Part shown: piece by piece, positions 41,150 through 55,099 of the stretch | Numbering within the stretch: position 1 is the first letter of the stretch | Layout of the letters: each line of letters begins with the position of its first letter | NCBI RefSeq assembly: GCF_018977255.1 | Contig: NW_024704746.1 | Location: 21,266,001 to 21,330,000 of the forward strand | Length of the DNA: 64,000 nucleotides | Source of the DNA: Callorhinchus milii | Lineage: Eukaryota | Direction of reading: 5' to 3' | Program-made: the position numbers and the translations under genes | The notes under the pieces: generated by a model | Seen by the model: the letters and a program-made list of their open reading frames with translations, nothing else | What the model was told of the DNA's origin: nothing | The model's database searches: none

Positions 41150-41565
41150 AGCCTCGTCGACCGTTGGACCAAATTGGCCGCTCGCGCTCCGCTCACGTGA
41201 CGTCACGCGCCGCCCACCCCCCCCTCGTCCCGGGGCTCTCCTCCCTTTATTAACACCGAGACACGCTAGTCCCGCCCACACCGTCCCGCCCCTCTTTCAT
41301 TGGCTCTCCGGGCGCCGGGGGTGGGGAGGGCGGGGAGAACGGGGACGGGCAGCGCCGCTGATTGGCTGCCGGGCGACACCCGTCAACGTGAGCCCACATC
41401 GTGCGCTGCCCGGCCCGGCCAATGGGAAGCGCCGGGAGGATCAGACCACCGCGGGGCGCAGCCCGCCCCCCCGATGGCGGTCGCCATGGAGACGGGAGTT
41501 TGACGAGCAGGTCGGGCGTGTGTGGGCCCCGCCCCCTCCGTCTCGTGCACCCGCCGCGGGATAAA
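41150..41565 (-). promoter_or_regulatory. DHCR24 CpG-island promoter
   Basis: Overlapping E-box/CRE ctCACGTGACGTCAcg at 41192-41207; CCAAT/ATTGG boxes at about 41174, 41298, 41361 and 41419; several GC boxes. Confidence 0.75.
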
Positions 41566-43239
41566 TAGATACAGTGTGTTACCTCTATACTAACAAAGTG
41601 GAGAGGTCGGTCCGTCTGTCCGTCCTCCCGTCCGTCCTCCCGTCCGTCCGTCAATAACGCAATCACCGATTGACGTAAAGACGTGATTTATACCTCATCG
41701 GAAAGGTCTTGCATGGGGGAGTGTCGTGGGCATATTTCTCCCACCACCCCACCGGGGAATCTATTATCGTCGATGAGCTATATTAAACAAAAATGCTTTA
41801 ATTAAGGTCCCCCCCCCCGGCCCCCGAAAAGATACTGTTACTGGCTGTCTCAATAACGCCTGTCAAATTAATGGAAAAAGATAAAGATACTAATTGAGAG
41901 GTTCCTCTTTAATTATAGGAAGTCCTACTATTATAGCTATCCTCGCTATCTGTTTTGGTCATATATTTTTCATAATGATACACTTCTGAGTGGCGGAGAA
42001 ATCTAACTTAACCTATAATACTCCATTTTCGTACCACTGTGGAATGCCATTTCTCCTAATCTGCAGTGACATCTAAGTAAGATGTCATCACTCTGGAGAG
42101 ATTGCATTTGTTCTTCTTCTGACCTGTATCACTGTTCATGCATTTTGGATTTGATAACAAATGCAAGGATTATTATCATGTATCCTCATCTGCAAAATTG
42201 CGGTAAATCCGGTGAGATACCTCAGCAATCTGATATGTTTTATTAATTGAATATATTTCCTCAAGTAGTAATTCTTTTACATATAATCACTGCTTAAAAA
42301 TTCTATTTGACAGAATGCTGATTGACATTCAGCAACAAAATAGCATGCAGTAACATGGGATTAATATCCCGTGATTCACAATATCCTTATTGTTTTGGGT
42401 TAAATGGTCTCTTTATATTTATTTATCTATTTATCTATTTATCTATTTATCTATTTATGGTGTTGTTTCATCAAGAGGCCTATTTTTCAACACCTTTACC
42501 TATTTTGAACCTGAACTATGCAAACTAAGTCCATGGGGGAAAAGTTATCAGTTTTCCGTATCCATCATCGTTTTTCAATTTTGAGTTCATTCTGGACTCT
42601 CTCCCTGTACTGTGCTTTGTGGGTTCCTAATAACGCTGACAATTTTCTGTAGTGGTGCATTGCAGAACCCTCCACTAATGTTGCAAAGGCTGCTCTTAAA
42701 ACAAACACTCATTTTAAAACTATTGTGTTATCGTTGCCCTCCTGATTTGGTTTGGTTTTGAGAATATCCCTAAATGGAAAGATCAATTGTGTAATGTGGG
42801 GCTTTATGACAAAACCATTGGATTCTGAAATTGAGTCCCAATACAAACGTCTTACATTGGATTTAAAGAGTCATTTAATCACTTAACTTAAACGCAAAGG
42901 AATTTCCATTGTAGGTGTTCACAGTCATATTCAATAAACAGAATTAAAGAGTATTTTGGGATCTTTTGCCACACAGTGGATTACTCCAATAACTTATTTT
43001 GTTTTACTGCGGTTCCTGTATTCTTTATCAGAAATAAAAGTGATTAAAACATTTTGGAGTGTCAAATTAAATTGGATGTATCTGTAATATTAAAGAGTAG
43101 CTGGGTAGTCCTATGAATAACAACAATGTCCTAAGAACCACACAATATTAATAATAATCCTTGCATTTGATATAGCTCCTTATCACGTCTTCTAGACGTC
43201 TCAATTCACATTATTCTCTGAATGGAACTGTAACATTTT

Positions 43240-43552
43240 AACAACAACAAAATTACATTTGTCAAGCGCCTTTCACGTCGGAAGGACATCCCAAAGCGCT
43301 GAACAGTCAGGGTTCAGGATCCAAGCGAGGGGGGAGCGGGGCAGGGTTCAGATGAGGGCAGAGAGGTAGGAGGGCGGCTGAAGGCACCGTTGAAAAGGAG
43401 GATCTTAAGTTGTGCCTCGAAGGAGGCAAGGAAGGGAGCAAGGCAAAGGGTTTGTGGGATGGAGTTCCAAAGAGTGGGGTCAAAGTGGCTGAAAGTCCGG
43501 CCGCCGATGGTAGGGCGGGTCGGGTGGGAGACATGGAGCAGGCTGGAGCCTG
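43240..43552 (-). mobile_element. L2 LINE 3' fragment (diverged subfamily)
   Basis: LLHVSHPTRPTIGGRTFS...LWNSIP coding remnant, hairpin and (TTG)n. Confidence 0.85.
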
Positions 43553-45290
43553 CTTTAACACAGAAATGCCACTGTCCCACTTGAAGGGTGTAAACTGTCT
43601 TGTGCAGGTAAGCAATTAAAGGAATTTGTTTCGCAGATGAAGAAAACAGACAGAAGGAGTTGCCTCGTTTCAACTGTGATGCCATTCAGTACAATTTGCA
43701 ATATTTTATGCATTTGAAAACAAATGAGAAACAGGTTCGGCAAATCCTTTTTTTTTCATAAAGGCGGAGCTCTGTAAAAAAAAAGAAGCACGTACCCAAA
43801 GTGGAAAGGAAAACACGAATTGTCACAGAATTTGACTTCTGTGGGTAATTTTCACCCTGAAAGTTCATGAGCAAGCACCAGTTTGGACGGATTTACAGCT
43901 TCGAATAATTTATCTAATTTCCTGATCTTTTGTAATAGGTTTGTTGCTATTATTGTTTTCACCACAGTCCCTTAGAAGTTGTCTCATTGGCAAAGCTAAT
44001 CAGTCTCCTTACAACCTTATCAGATAGCTTGGGTATTTGTGGTGAAGCTCAAGTTAATAGCAAGTACCTCGTGCATTCGATAATTTGCATAAATTAGAGT
44101 TGGAAACATGAGTGAGCGATTGTGGTTGGGGATGGACTCGCATTTGAATACTGAGATTGCCTATTAATTTGTGGATAAACAATACGTACTTTAAGCTTTT
44201 TGAGGGGGCGGTCATCGTACACCTGTCAGACAGAGATAGGAGTTAGCTAGAGTCCTGACCTGCTTCTGCAGTTTGAATATTATATCAGTTGTTTCTGGGC
44301 CATGTGTAAGTTTTTCGTCTCTAGCTGCATTCACCATTTAATCTCAGATATTCTTCAAGACTGAGCTTACCTCTGGAGTGCTCGAGAATTCAAACCTAGG
44401 TAAGTACTCACTGTACACACACGCATTTCTTCCCTATGCTTCGTATGTGACACACAGAAACCTCCCTGGCCTGGCTAAGAAAGAAAGCTCTCACGCTTTG
44501 ACATTGGCTGCGAGGACGCCTGTATAACAGTAATAATCCTTCCGTTTGATCATAGCTCCTTATCATGTTGTTGAGACAGCTCAAAGCGCTTCCTTTTGGG
44601 GAGAGAGAAATTGATGATGCTCTATCCAGATAGTTCCGAGTCCGTGATTTAAAAAAATTGAAATCAGGTTAAGCCATCTTATCAGGCCCAGGATCGGGCA
44701 GAATACATATTGAATTGTGCAGGTTTACAAACATCAACAGATTTCTGGAGATTGTACTGGATCCAGGTGGAGCACGAGTCAGCTGCAAATGTCAAGGGAG
44801 CAGTTTTTTCTGGTTATTTATCAGTTATACTTTAGAGTGGAAGCACATTCCCTCCCATATGTGACAAACCGTCTTTGTTTGAGATTGTTTCTGTTGTTTT
44901 CACCACACACGAGGATGGCCTCGATGGTCTTCCTCACACAAAGGTTATGAATAGCCAATGTACTGCTGTTTCAGTATTGCTCTGAAGCCAACTACTTGAG
45001 GTGCACAAGACCACAGATTTCTATTAGAAACTCCCTTCCAAGGCATTAATTAGATCAGAACCGAGCTTGGCAGAGAATGGGAGAGTCAATCTGTGCTGCA
45101 CCTCTCCACAGCACAATGTATTAGTGCATTCTGCTCACGCACCCATTCAATATATTCAATGTGGACAGGATTCTTATAAATAATAATAATAATAATAATT
45201 CTATTTGATGTAGCCCCTCATCACGTAGTTGAGACATCTCAAACACCTCACAGGCTATAATATAACGTGGACTGGCTGTGTATTATGCAG

Positions 45291-45586
45291 AAGTCCTGTA
45301 GCTCAGTGATTAGAGCATGTGCCTTGCAAGTGATTCCCGGCAGAGGGCGAAACCTTGGGCAAGTTTCCTTACTCCACACGCCTGATAATAATCCCTCCAA
45401 AATAAAACAATAATAGATTGGTCATTTTCAATCCACGACTGTCTGTGGGACGCTGCTGTGCGCAATTGGCTGCCGCGTTTTGCCCACAAATATACGGTCA
45501 ATTCACTTCACAGTCTATTCTGTGAAGCGCTTTGAGACGTCGAGAAGACGTGAAAAGCGCTACATGAAATGCAACGATTATTATAA
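45291..45586 (+). mobile_element. tRNA-Deu SINE with a partly deleted head
   Basis: agtcctgtagctcagtgattagagc... Deu-like core, gagacgtcgagaagacgtg tail. Confidence 0.88.
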
Positions 45587-46018
45587 TATTGAATGTTGAG
45601 TCACAGAATATAGAAATGTTCAATATGGAATGAGGCAGCTCAGCCCATGGAGTCTGTATCGGGCTTCACATCACATCACCCTTATCAATAACCGAGAGGT
45701 GAGAGCACATTGAGTGCCTGTCCCTGTGATTGAATACCAGCTTTCATATTCCCTTCATTTGAGTCTTGTGTTTACATGGAAAAGAAATTAGTTACATGTT
45801 TTGAAAGCAACAAGAGTGCATCTTTACCCCAATAATACACAAACATGCCTCGTGACTGGCCTGGGAATGTCACGTTCCTGCATTGCTCTGGATTATTTCT
45901 TTCACTCTTTATTCCTGTCTCTTTTCTTCCACTCGTCTCCCTTTATTTTACCCTTTATTCATATATTTTCTTCGTTTCCATTTCTTTTCCTTTCTTTGTC
46001 CTTATCGTGTGAACTTGT

Positions 46019-46348
46019 TGAGTCCTGCAGCTCAGTGGTTAGAGCACTCGCTTTGCAAGCGAGACACCTGGGTTCAATTCCAGGCAGAGGGCGAAACCTT
46101 GGGCAAGTTTCCTTACTCCACACAGAGCCTAATAATAATCCCTCCAAAACCAAAAACAATAATAAATTGGTCATTTTCAATCTACGACTGTTGTGGGACA
46201 TTGCTGTGCGCAATTGGCTGCCGCGTTCACCCACAAATATACAGTCAATTCACTTTACAGTGTGTTGTGTGAAGCGCTTTGGGACGTCCTCCCGACGTGA
46301 AAAGCGCTATATCAAATGCAAGGATTATTATTATTATTATTATTATTA
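46019..46348 (+). mobile_element. Full-length tRNA-Deu SINE
   Basis: Head, core, hairpin and (ATT)n nearly identical to 18317-18636. Confidence 0.93.
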
Positions 46349-46638
46349 ATCTGTCATTTCGCTATAAGAATCCAACGTGACGCGGATACTCTCAAATTAA
46401 TACCAATGACTTCATAGCCATTAAACTTTCAAATGGAATATAAGTGCAATTAGCTTTTAAATTTTTTTTGGATCGGATCTTCATATACTGTACCAGGTTT
46501 ATTAATGATTAACTTCTGTTTGTTTGCAGCAATGCCCACAGGCCAGAGAGCATGACTCACACAGATAACGGGTATTAACCCCCTGTATGCCAGATCTCTG
46601 GTGGACCAGTTTGACTCTCAACCTTGGAAACTGCACCA

Positions 46639-47802
46639 ATGGCGTATGACCACATGAGCAATAGATTTATTATTGGAGGAGTTGTGCTTTTGGTGTCTGG
46701 CTCTGTTTGTTTTGCCTGGTGGAGCGACGATCAGCTGCAGCCCACTAAAGTTCCAGCAACCTCACCAAACCCAGAAATGGTGGCTGCTCCCCAGAGAGCC
46801 TCTTCAAATCCATTACTGAAGTCAATCAGCATTTTATTCTGTTTGATTGGAGCAGTTCTGCTCTTTTTTGGCCTCTTGCGGACTATGAAAGTAAATAGGC
46901 AAATGTCCAGAGGTTACAGAGACTGGAATAGAATAAGATTGTACTCCAACGCCCTGGAATGGAGAGCAAAATACAGGCCCAGGTAGGACAGACCCCATTA
47001 TTGTGAAGTTCTAGAAGAGAAATTCAATGAAGTTCATGAACTGAAATATAACCACCCTTTTCTTTGTTCCTATCAGCAAATAAATGTTTGGACATAGGGG
47101 TCATTTTAGCGAAACATTCAATATTTATTGTATTGAATGTGAATGTGTGTGTAAACAACATTGTCAACAACGTCCATCAAACTGCAACTTGGCATTTGCA
47201 CTTTGTGGCTGTTTAGCAAGATACCAGTTTTCACTGACAGTCCTTCTGTGATTGAAGGGAATCCACCAGTATTTGTTGGTACTGTCTGCGTCTTCCCTCT
47301 TATTGTCCCATTCTCTTGATGAGGCGACCATATATTTATCTGCATGATCCAAAGTGCTTGATGCTGATATTGGATACAAATGTATTATATTTCACACCAA
47401 TTGATCTCATTAATGAGCACAAATGACAACCAAATTAATCATTTTAAAAGATTATCATTTAAAAAATGTATTTGTTTTTCTCGATTTTTCAGTGGACCAG
47501 ATAATCTTCGAGTTCCTTCATACATCGAGGCTCTCAACAGTAGGCCAGAGGTGATGGTTGTATCCAGTAATCCTCAGAGATCACAACAGTCCAAAGACCC
47601 AGAACTCCCTCCGTCGTATGAAACATTAATGGGAATCACCAGGGTTCGGCTCAGCCCCTGTAGACGCTGCATGCCTGACGGTGATTTATCACAGACAGCG
47701 GTGGCTCAGATTGTTCTTCAGCAAGAAGAGCGGCCAAGCTCCCTAACATATACCACGCCACCTCCGAGCTATGAGAATCTCCATGCACAGACAGAGCAAT
47801 AA
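46639..47802 (+). CDS. TMEM61: Transmembrane protein 61, 217 aa; exons 46639-46982, 47493-47802 (probable non-coding exon with donor near 44399)
   Basis: Two TM helices (GGVVLLVSGSVCFAWWSD; NPLLKSISILFCLIGAVLLFFGLL), tail with VPSYIEA, LPPSYE, PPPSYE; phase-2 junction; position between DHCR24 and BSND. Confidence 0.88.
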
Positions 47803-50333
47803 CCGTCTGCAAGAACCGGGAAGTGGAGGACAATCGATACCCTTTGTCACCTCATCCCTTTATTCTTTACGTTTTGCCCATAAAATACACAGTCACTACA
47901 CTTTACAGTATATTACAGGTGGAGGCTGTTATATCAACCCTACTCTCTCTCGTCTTCGCCCTCCTCTTTGTCCATCCTCTCCTAATAGAATACATCATAA
48001 CTTCCATTTCCATGCACTTTGCAGACTTTCAGTTTCATTCACAGTTCTAAAGATAGAGTTAAGGGAGACAATATCATTCTGGGGATGTTCACAACCCCAG
48101 GGATTTCACTCCCGGATTGCTTTGTAGGATCTGGACATGTATAGGAAAAGGTATTTTGGAAGAAATAATTATTCATTTTGTGAAAGTTCTTTACAATTGT
48201 GAAGAGCTTTGATTTTTAAACAAAAATATTATGCTCATAATTAGGGATTCAGCTACAGATGGAAATAGATGATATACTCTTCGCTGTAACTATTATTAAC
48301 ATCTTTCGGAAACGCTAAAATTGGAGTTATACTCCTTCCTGGCCACTAAAGGATGATCTGTCCTCCCTCTGTTACAGTCCCTGATCTTAACAGCTGTTTT
48401 AATGTGAATTAATTTAAGACCCAGCAAATAAGCACCTTCAAAACTGGTGCACAAATCACCTTTGACTCTGAATATACGTTGTTTCTTAATTTTTCAACAT
48501 GTTCTTTAACAACAACAACTTGCATCTGTATAGCCCCCCTCAAGCAGGGTAGTATCCCATGTTCTGTACTAACAAAGCTGCAAATGATGTAAATTGCTTT
48601 ACAATAAACACATAACCAGATATACTGTACCTGACAACTTCTTGGAAAGAACATTCTGCAACATGAGAGGACAGTCACTGAGAGTGAGACCATGCAATAT
48701 ACTATGTATATGTAGCACAGGATAAAATACATATACACAAACAGAATAAATAAATATGGAATTGATATCAATATTTTCAATGTCCGTTTCCATTTTTTTA
48801 CGAATGATTTAAAATGAGCTCTGTTGCTAATTATCATAGAGGTTGTACAATAAAAATGTTTGTGTGCATATGTTGTGTAAGTACATACCAGGGGTGGTCA
48901 AGCTCTCAATCATTCTGCTCCCACTCTCTTGAATTCCATCCCGGAATCCCTCTGCCTCTCTCCTTCCTCACTGTCGATAAAACAAACTTAATACCGTAAC
49001 TCTTGAATCGCGCTTTGATTGCTTCTCCCCTTTCCCTCAACTCCCCCACACCTTAACCTCCCAGCCAGCTGTGTTAACCACCTTGAGATGTCCTTCCGAC
49101 ATGAAAAATTCTATAATATAAATTGTCTTTTTTTGTACATCTACTCCTGTTAAGATTGGCACAACTCACTGACTTGAAACATATAATGTTACAGGATAGA
49201 AACAGACCACTTGGCCCATCAAGGCTGCTCACTCCTTCACATCCCAATAACATCTCGTAGAGATTGTAAACCTAAAACACAGTATGTCAATTACGTTACA
49301 GCGAGAATTTGTTTTTCGGAAAGAGCGCTTCATCAAAACAGAAGTGTCTCACTGAAATTGTTTCGAAGAGTAGAAAAATTGTGATGTATAACTATATCCT
49401 GGCTGTGCATAACAGCAGATAGAGTGGGGTTTGAATCTGAGCCACCTCTTGTCATTGTGTGTACATTATGTGACTCGATCAGAGACACCCGACATCAAAT
49501 CAGTTACTTTAATGTGGAAAAATACAGGTGCCTTAACTTATCTGAATATATGATTGCTTTGTGTTGCTGACTAGTCACGGTTCAAAACAATAATATTGAG
49601 ACACAATTATACACGATGTTCAGGTTCAGACACTTAGATTGGACTCACTTCTCACAACACATCATCATGTCAGTGAAAAAGACAGTGAAAAAAAACGAGA
49701 AAAACTTATGATTTTACATTAAAATGGTTCAGCAAACATAGGCATCCATATTAAAAGGAATCAGTGGTTAAATATTTAAAATGCAAAATACTAACCAGAG
49801 GCTTAAATTCCTGTAAACTTAATTACTTGCTCTGTGCAAAATTCTACTGTTTCCAGAAAAAAAAATCAAAAGAAAATTATAGCGGGTAAAATTCACCTGA
49901 AATTAAAATCTAGGCTGTATGTGATGTGCACAAACTGTGGAATGCATTAAGATGATTGATGCTGCTATGCATTTCTTACTTGAGTGCGAGTTTGAGGAGA
50001 GAGTTATTGAATAAATTTCCACTTGCTGGATGCCTGCTTGTGAAGGTTATGGCTACAGTAAAGGCAGTAAAACTGCGATGGTGCGTGGTTTTATAGAGGT
50101 GTTTGCAGTGATTATATTCATTGAGTCTGACTGGATGGAACTTGAGTGGGATTGGGCAGTACTGGAGTGCAGAAGGATTGGCGGAAACAAAACCATCAAC
50201 ATTACATCACAAACGTTCATTGCACCAGGACGAACGTAGCAAACTAAAAAAGGAATAAAGTACAACTGTGCTTGTGAAAGTAGACTTTCTATTGGAGTGT
50301 TATCCTGAAGACTTGCCAAGCTCTCAGCTGGTG

Positions 50334-53280
50334 ATGGCGGAGGATAAATCATTTCGCTACGGACTGATCGTTCTGGGATTCTTCCTGATAATGATTGGGA
50401 TGTTCATCATGAACGTGGACAAACCTGAGGTCTATGCCACCTTCTGTTCTGTTGGGGTTTTGATGGTCATCGTGGGGATAACCTGGAGCATTTGTCAATG
50501 TTACCCTAAGGTAAGGTATGGGGGATAAATGTGATGGAATATTCCTACAGTTACTGGTTTATCTGGTGATGTGATACCATTAGCACAAGGTTGCTTTATG
50601 TTTTTAAGAAGTGATTTTCTCTTCCTTGGTTACATACAAGAATCATCATGTGTCTACTCCAAGACCAGCAAACTTCACCACATTGCCATCATAAATATGG
50701 ATTGATTCTCTGTTTCCTTTGCAGATTACATTTGTCCCAGCTGTGGAGTCTGACATGGAATATCTGTTTTCTCAAAAGCGTCAGATTGCAACCTTCATGT
50801 CAGAGTGTGAGGTCCCCATCAAATCAAGGTAAGGGATTCTGAACATCAAGTTGCGAATAAATGTTACAAATTCTTACACAAATTACTGTGTGATTTCCTA
50901 ATCTTAGCTTTACTAAATCAAAGCTAAAGTGTGTGCCAGTGAGAACACTTGGAGTTTAGATAGGAGTACTGTATCACCATTTCATGGCTTGGTGGTAGAG
51001 GCTGCTTTTGTAGGACGTGGGACAAAATTATTTTTTTTTTAGTTGCAAATACAGGGTAACCAAAAAGTCGTGATATCATCACAGTGTCTAATAAGTCTTA
51101 AAGAATTTTTTTTTAGATAATAGGGTAGCTGAAAATTAAGACATTTTGATCACTCTGTATATGGAGGTATTTAATGTAATGTTTTAATGTTTCATTGTGG
51201 TATACTTTTGTTGAAGTGACGAAAATCCATACATAGTAAATCTCACACACGTCTGATCTGTAAAACTTGTACAATCGCCAAGTCGTACATCTGCCCAAGT
51301 CCTGCATAAGTCATATTAAATATGTGAAGTTTACTGACGATCCAAATAGACACCTGGAGATTGAGTCTTTGTTATAATACATGTTTTGCTTAAGTTTTCT
51401 CTCGCAGTTTAATTCATCAACTTAGGACTTGGATCAACTATGTAAGAGATTTGCATTGATCTCGACCTTGGAATCTTTCATTGAATGAGCTCTTTGACCC
51501 TCATTCTGGTGCAAGAAGAAGTTCATGCCTTGAGAGGATCGTTATATAATAATAATAATCCTTGCTTTCGATATGGTGGCTTATCACGTCTTCTAGACGT
51601 CTCAAAGCACTTCACAGAAATCACTGTAAAGTGAATTGACTGTATATTTTCTCAGCAGAAGGATTTTTGTTATGGAAGAATTTTAGGGCTTTACGTTCCA
51701 GTAGGGTTTGTAGAACTGTTCCAACTTGTGATTACCAGAGGGTGGGTGAAACAAAGACAGCAGATAGTGAAGCTGTATGGTTTACTCAGGAGGTCTAAAC
51801 ATGAGTCTCCAGAGAGTTCATGGCTCACATGCACCTGTCAGGCTTGTGGTACAGTACATTTCTAGTCAGTAAAACTTGCTTTCTCTTCCAGCGCACAGAC
51901 TCCATATATCTCCGTCGAAGCAGGTGGACAGCTTGTAAAAAATCTTCTGACATCCAGGCAGATCCAATATACAGTGACCCATGCTGTGGAGCCCCCTGAA
52001 GTGAGCAGTCCTCCCACTTCCCTTCAGTCAGAGCACAAGGACCGAGATAGCCAGGCTTCTCTGAAGGCAGAGGTTATGGTTCACAGGGACTCTGAGAGTG
52101 ATGGAGAGACGAGCTCTAGCCTTGGCTCCAATAACATAACCCCACCTGGCAGAAGGTGAGGACATTTATATTTAGGTCCTTATTCCCTTTGTTGAGGTCG
52201 CACACTGGGGAAACACCATTCAAACCTGGACTGCGAGACCAGGACATGCAAGAAAATGAAGTCAAACAGTTGCTGAATGCCTTCATCACTCAGATTGTGA
52301 GGTCTTCTTTCTATTTCACTGTTATCAACAGTGTTAGATGTGGCCTGGTCAGCCCAATTCAGTTGGTAGCTTCTCCCCTCTGAATCGGATGCTTGTGGGT
52401 CACATTAGGACTTTGAGATTATAGGTCAGGGTGATTATTTTTTTAATCCAAAAATGGTGAGTCTCTCCCTATATCCTGGCCAACAATTCCCCCCAATTTT
52501 TTTTTAAATGGGCATTCACTTCATGGCTGGTGGAGGAGGGGGCATTGTTGGTGCAAATTGACTGCCGAGTTTTAGAACCAGAGTTTTGGAGTCTGGAAAT
52601 GAGTATTTCCTAATGAGCCAAGATGGGCCGTGAGATCATTGATTCAGAGAGTCTTAACGCACAGTGTTAAGTTTCTACATGTGTCAAAAACCCAGGTGAC
52701 CATAAGATGAGAAATAATATCCTTAAGCGTTCTGAGACATCATCTGGCATGAAGGACACTATATAAATGTAAATTGTTGTTATTAAAAGGGAGGTGTCAC
52801 TGTCTCTATCTAATCCATGTTCCTTCTCATCATCTTCACTTTATGTCCTCTTGTAGTAAATCAGGATGCTGTAGCAAGGCTCCTCTTGCTGTCTTCCACG
52901 AAGACCTTGATCCTACAATCAGTCCGTCCTCCTCAAGCATCTCATCTCTTCCCAGATACGAATCACTGATTCCGTCAGCTTTGAGAAACAAAGATCAGGG
53001 CCCAGTGGGTAGGAACCTCCCTCAATACGAAGACATCACCGTTGTTGAAACAGTACCTTGCGAAACCCACTGTCTCTGCAACCAGTTGGTTGCCCCCATC
53101 TCTAAGAATGAGTTGAAATCCGATCAATCCACTTCCAGTGAACGTCAGAACGTCAGATCAAGAGGCCAGGTCGAAGATGATATGTATTATGGGTTATACG
53201 ATGAAGCACAAGATAATACTCTTAATATATCTGAGGAATCTGAAGTCGAAGAATATTGTTCTCAAGATATTTCTGTGTAG
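50334..53280 (+). CDS. BSND: Barttin (ClC-K beta subunit), 322 aa; exons 50334-50510, 50725-50828, 51892-52155, 52857-53280
   Basis: MAEDKSFRYGLIVLG...WSICQCYPK|ITFVPA matches the barttin N-terminus with a 177-nt first coding exon; later exons join in frame (969 nt); acidic C-terminus with DMYYGL; synteny. Confidence 0.92.
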
Positions 53281-55099
53281 AGTCTCGTTGTCAGTGTCTC
53301 ATCTAATAACTTAGTAATGTCGAGAGGCAGGCAGACGTAGGCAGAGGTTAATGATAATTCCTTGTAACTGGTGGATTTTAAAAGTGTGAATATATTTGCT
53401 CTTTAAATAATTAGATGATTTTAGAGTATTTGTATTTTCCAGCAAACCGATTGCTTTCAGATAGTTGAGGTGAGGTGGGGTAGCTTTGCAATTCTCTGAA
53501 GCATTTTCAAAAAACTAATACATTTCTATGTGATGACAAGGGTGCTCACAGCAATGATGGGTCTTACTTATAACCTAGGCATCAATCGAGCGCACAAAGC
53601 ATAGCCAGGCCTAATAATACCACAGACCCAAAGCAAAATGCACCACTTTTGCTCCTCCATTAGATTGGGATCTGTGACAGAGCCGGGATTTGTTTATGAA
53701 TTGTTGGAAATTTCCACACCCCAATGGGCACAATTGACTCTAACAGGAGAGGCCAAGCTCTTAATGTAACTCTGCATCAGGTAGTGCACAGCAAGGTCAA
53801 CTGAGTGCTGCACATTGCGTAGGCTGCTTAAGGCTCCTTTACAAGAACTCTGATTGGCTTTGTTCAGCTCGTTTTCATGCAGACTCTACAATCAATGGCC
53901 CGTGACTGAGTAGAACACTTGTCAGCCAAAGCAAATAGTGTATATGTTCCTTTGACACCCCACGGGGTGTGCATGCTTACAGGTTACTTATACAATGAAT
54001 GAGTTGAGGTTGAACAAAATACAGCGTCTATTGCAATGCTGGAATGTTTCTGTTGTATGATTTGGGTTACATGGAACTTTATAAAATGCGTTGGCTCTCA
54101 TTCCTGAGGGGTCTGTTTTTAATGGAGTGACGTTGAGCGAAAGATGGCTACTTCCTCAGACGACAAATTACGTTTGTTTGGCGCAAAGGGAGTTGGTGGG
54201 TGTGGGGGAAGGGGGAAAAATCCTCTCCCGTTGTGCTCATGCCATTGGGATGAAAAGATTGTATAGCAGCTCATTTTTTCATTACTTCATGAAAACGGCA
54301 AAGGGAATACCGACTAGAGGTAGCAACACATAAGGATCTGTATCAATTATATTTTCTGGTTCTAAATTTACAGTCGATCTGCCCTGCTCCAAATTTCACT
54401 TTTTCAAAATAAATATTTATTTGCAAACCTTTTTATTATTTGTCGACGCGAAGAATGTCAGTGTCAGGGAAAGGGCTATTTTGTTCTCTTCACTGTCCTC
54501 CTGTCAACTAGGAAATGAGTAGAGAATCTTCCAAACTCATTTAATTATGGACACTAATAGCCAGGAAAAAGGGAAGATTTTCATTCCAACGATTTGGTTT
54601 GAATTTGGGTTAAGCTCTCCGAGACACAATCCCGTGTGAGGGGTACTATACAAATGCATGTTTTTGTTGTTGAATTTGAATCCAGGTCTCGGAGGTGAAA
54701 GGACCGTTTTCTAATCTTATTTTTTTTTAAACCCACATAATCCCAAACAATGTCTCTTTAGCAAGAAAGTGAGTTGTATTCTAGCAGCACAGCTGCTCTG
54801 ATACCATAAACACGAAGGGAAAACAGACGTTTCATGTCAAAGCAATTGCATTGACATCAAATGAGCCAAGTAGCTTGGACCAGCCTTGTTGTTACACCAA
54901 CGATACAGCTGTGTGGTGGGGCTGACAACTGCATATTAGTTAACTTGAATGTCACGAACACTTAATTGCCACAAGCAAGAAACCTGTGTTGTGTTTTTCC
55001 TTATTTGAAGACAGGTGAAACATTGCTCGTATTAATAAAGCTATGTCCTCCAAGCATCATGCCCAGACTGCAAAGGTGAGTCGATGTCCTACTCTCGTA

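Noticed and set aside
45801-46349. 182-aa ORF and similar KTIINWSFSIYD / KRFGTSSRREKR ORFs elsewhere
   Set aside because: Recurrent translations of the SINE consensus.
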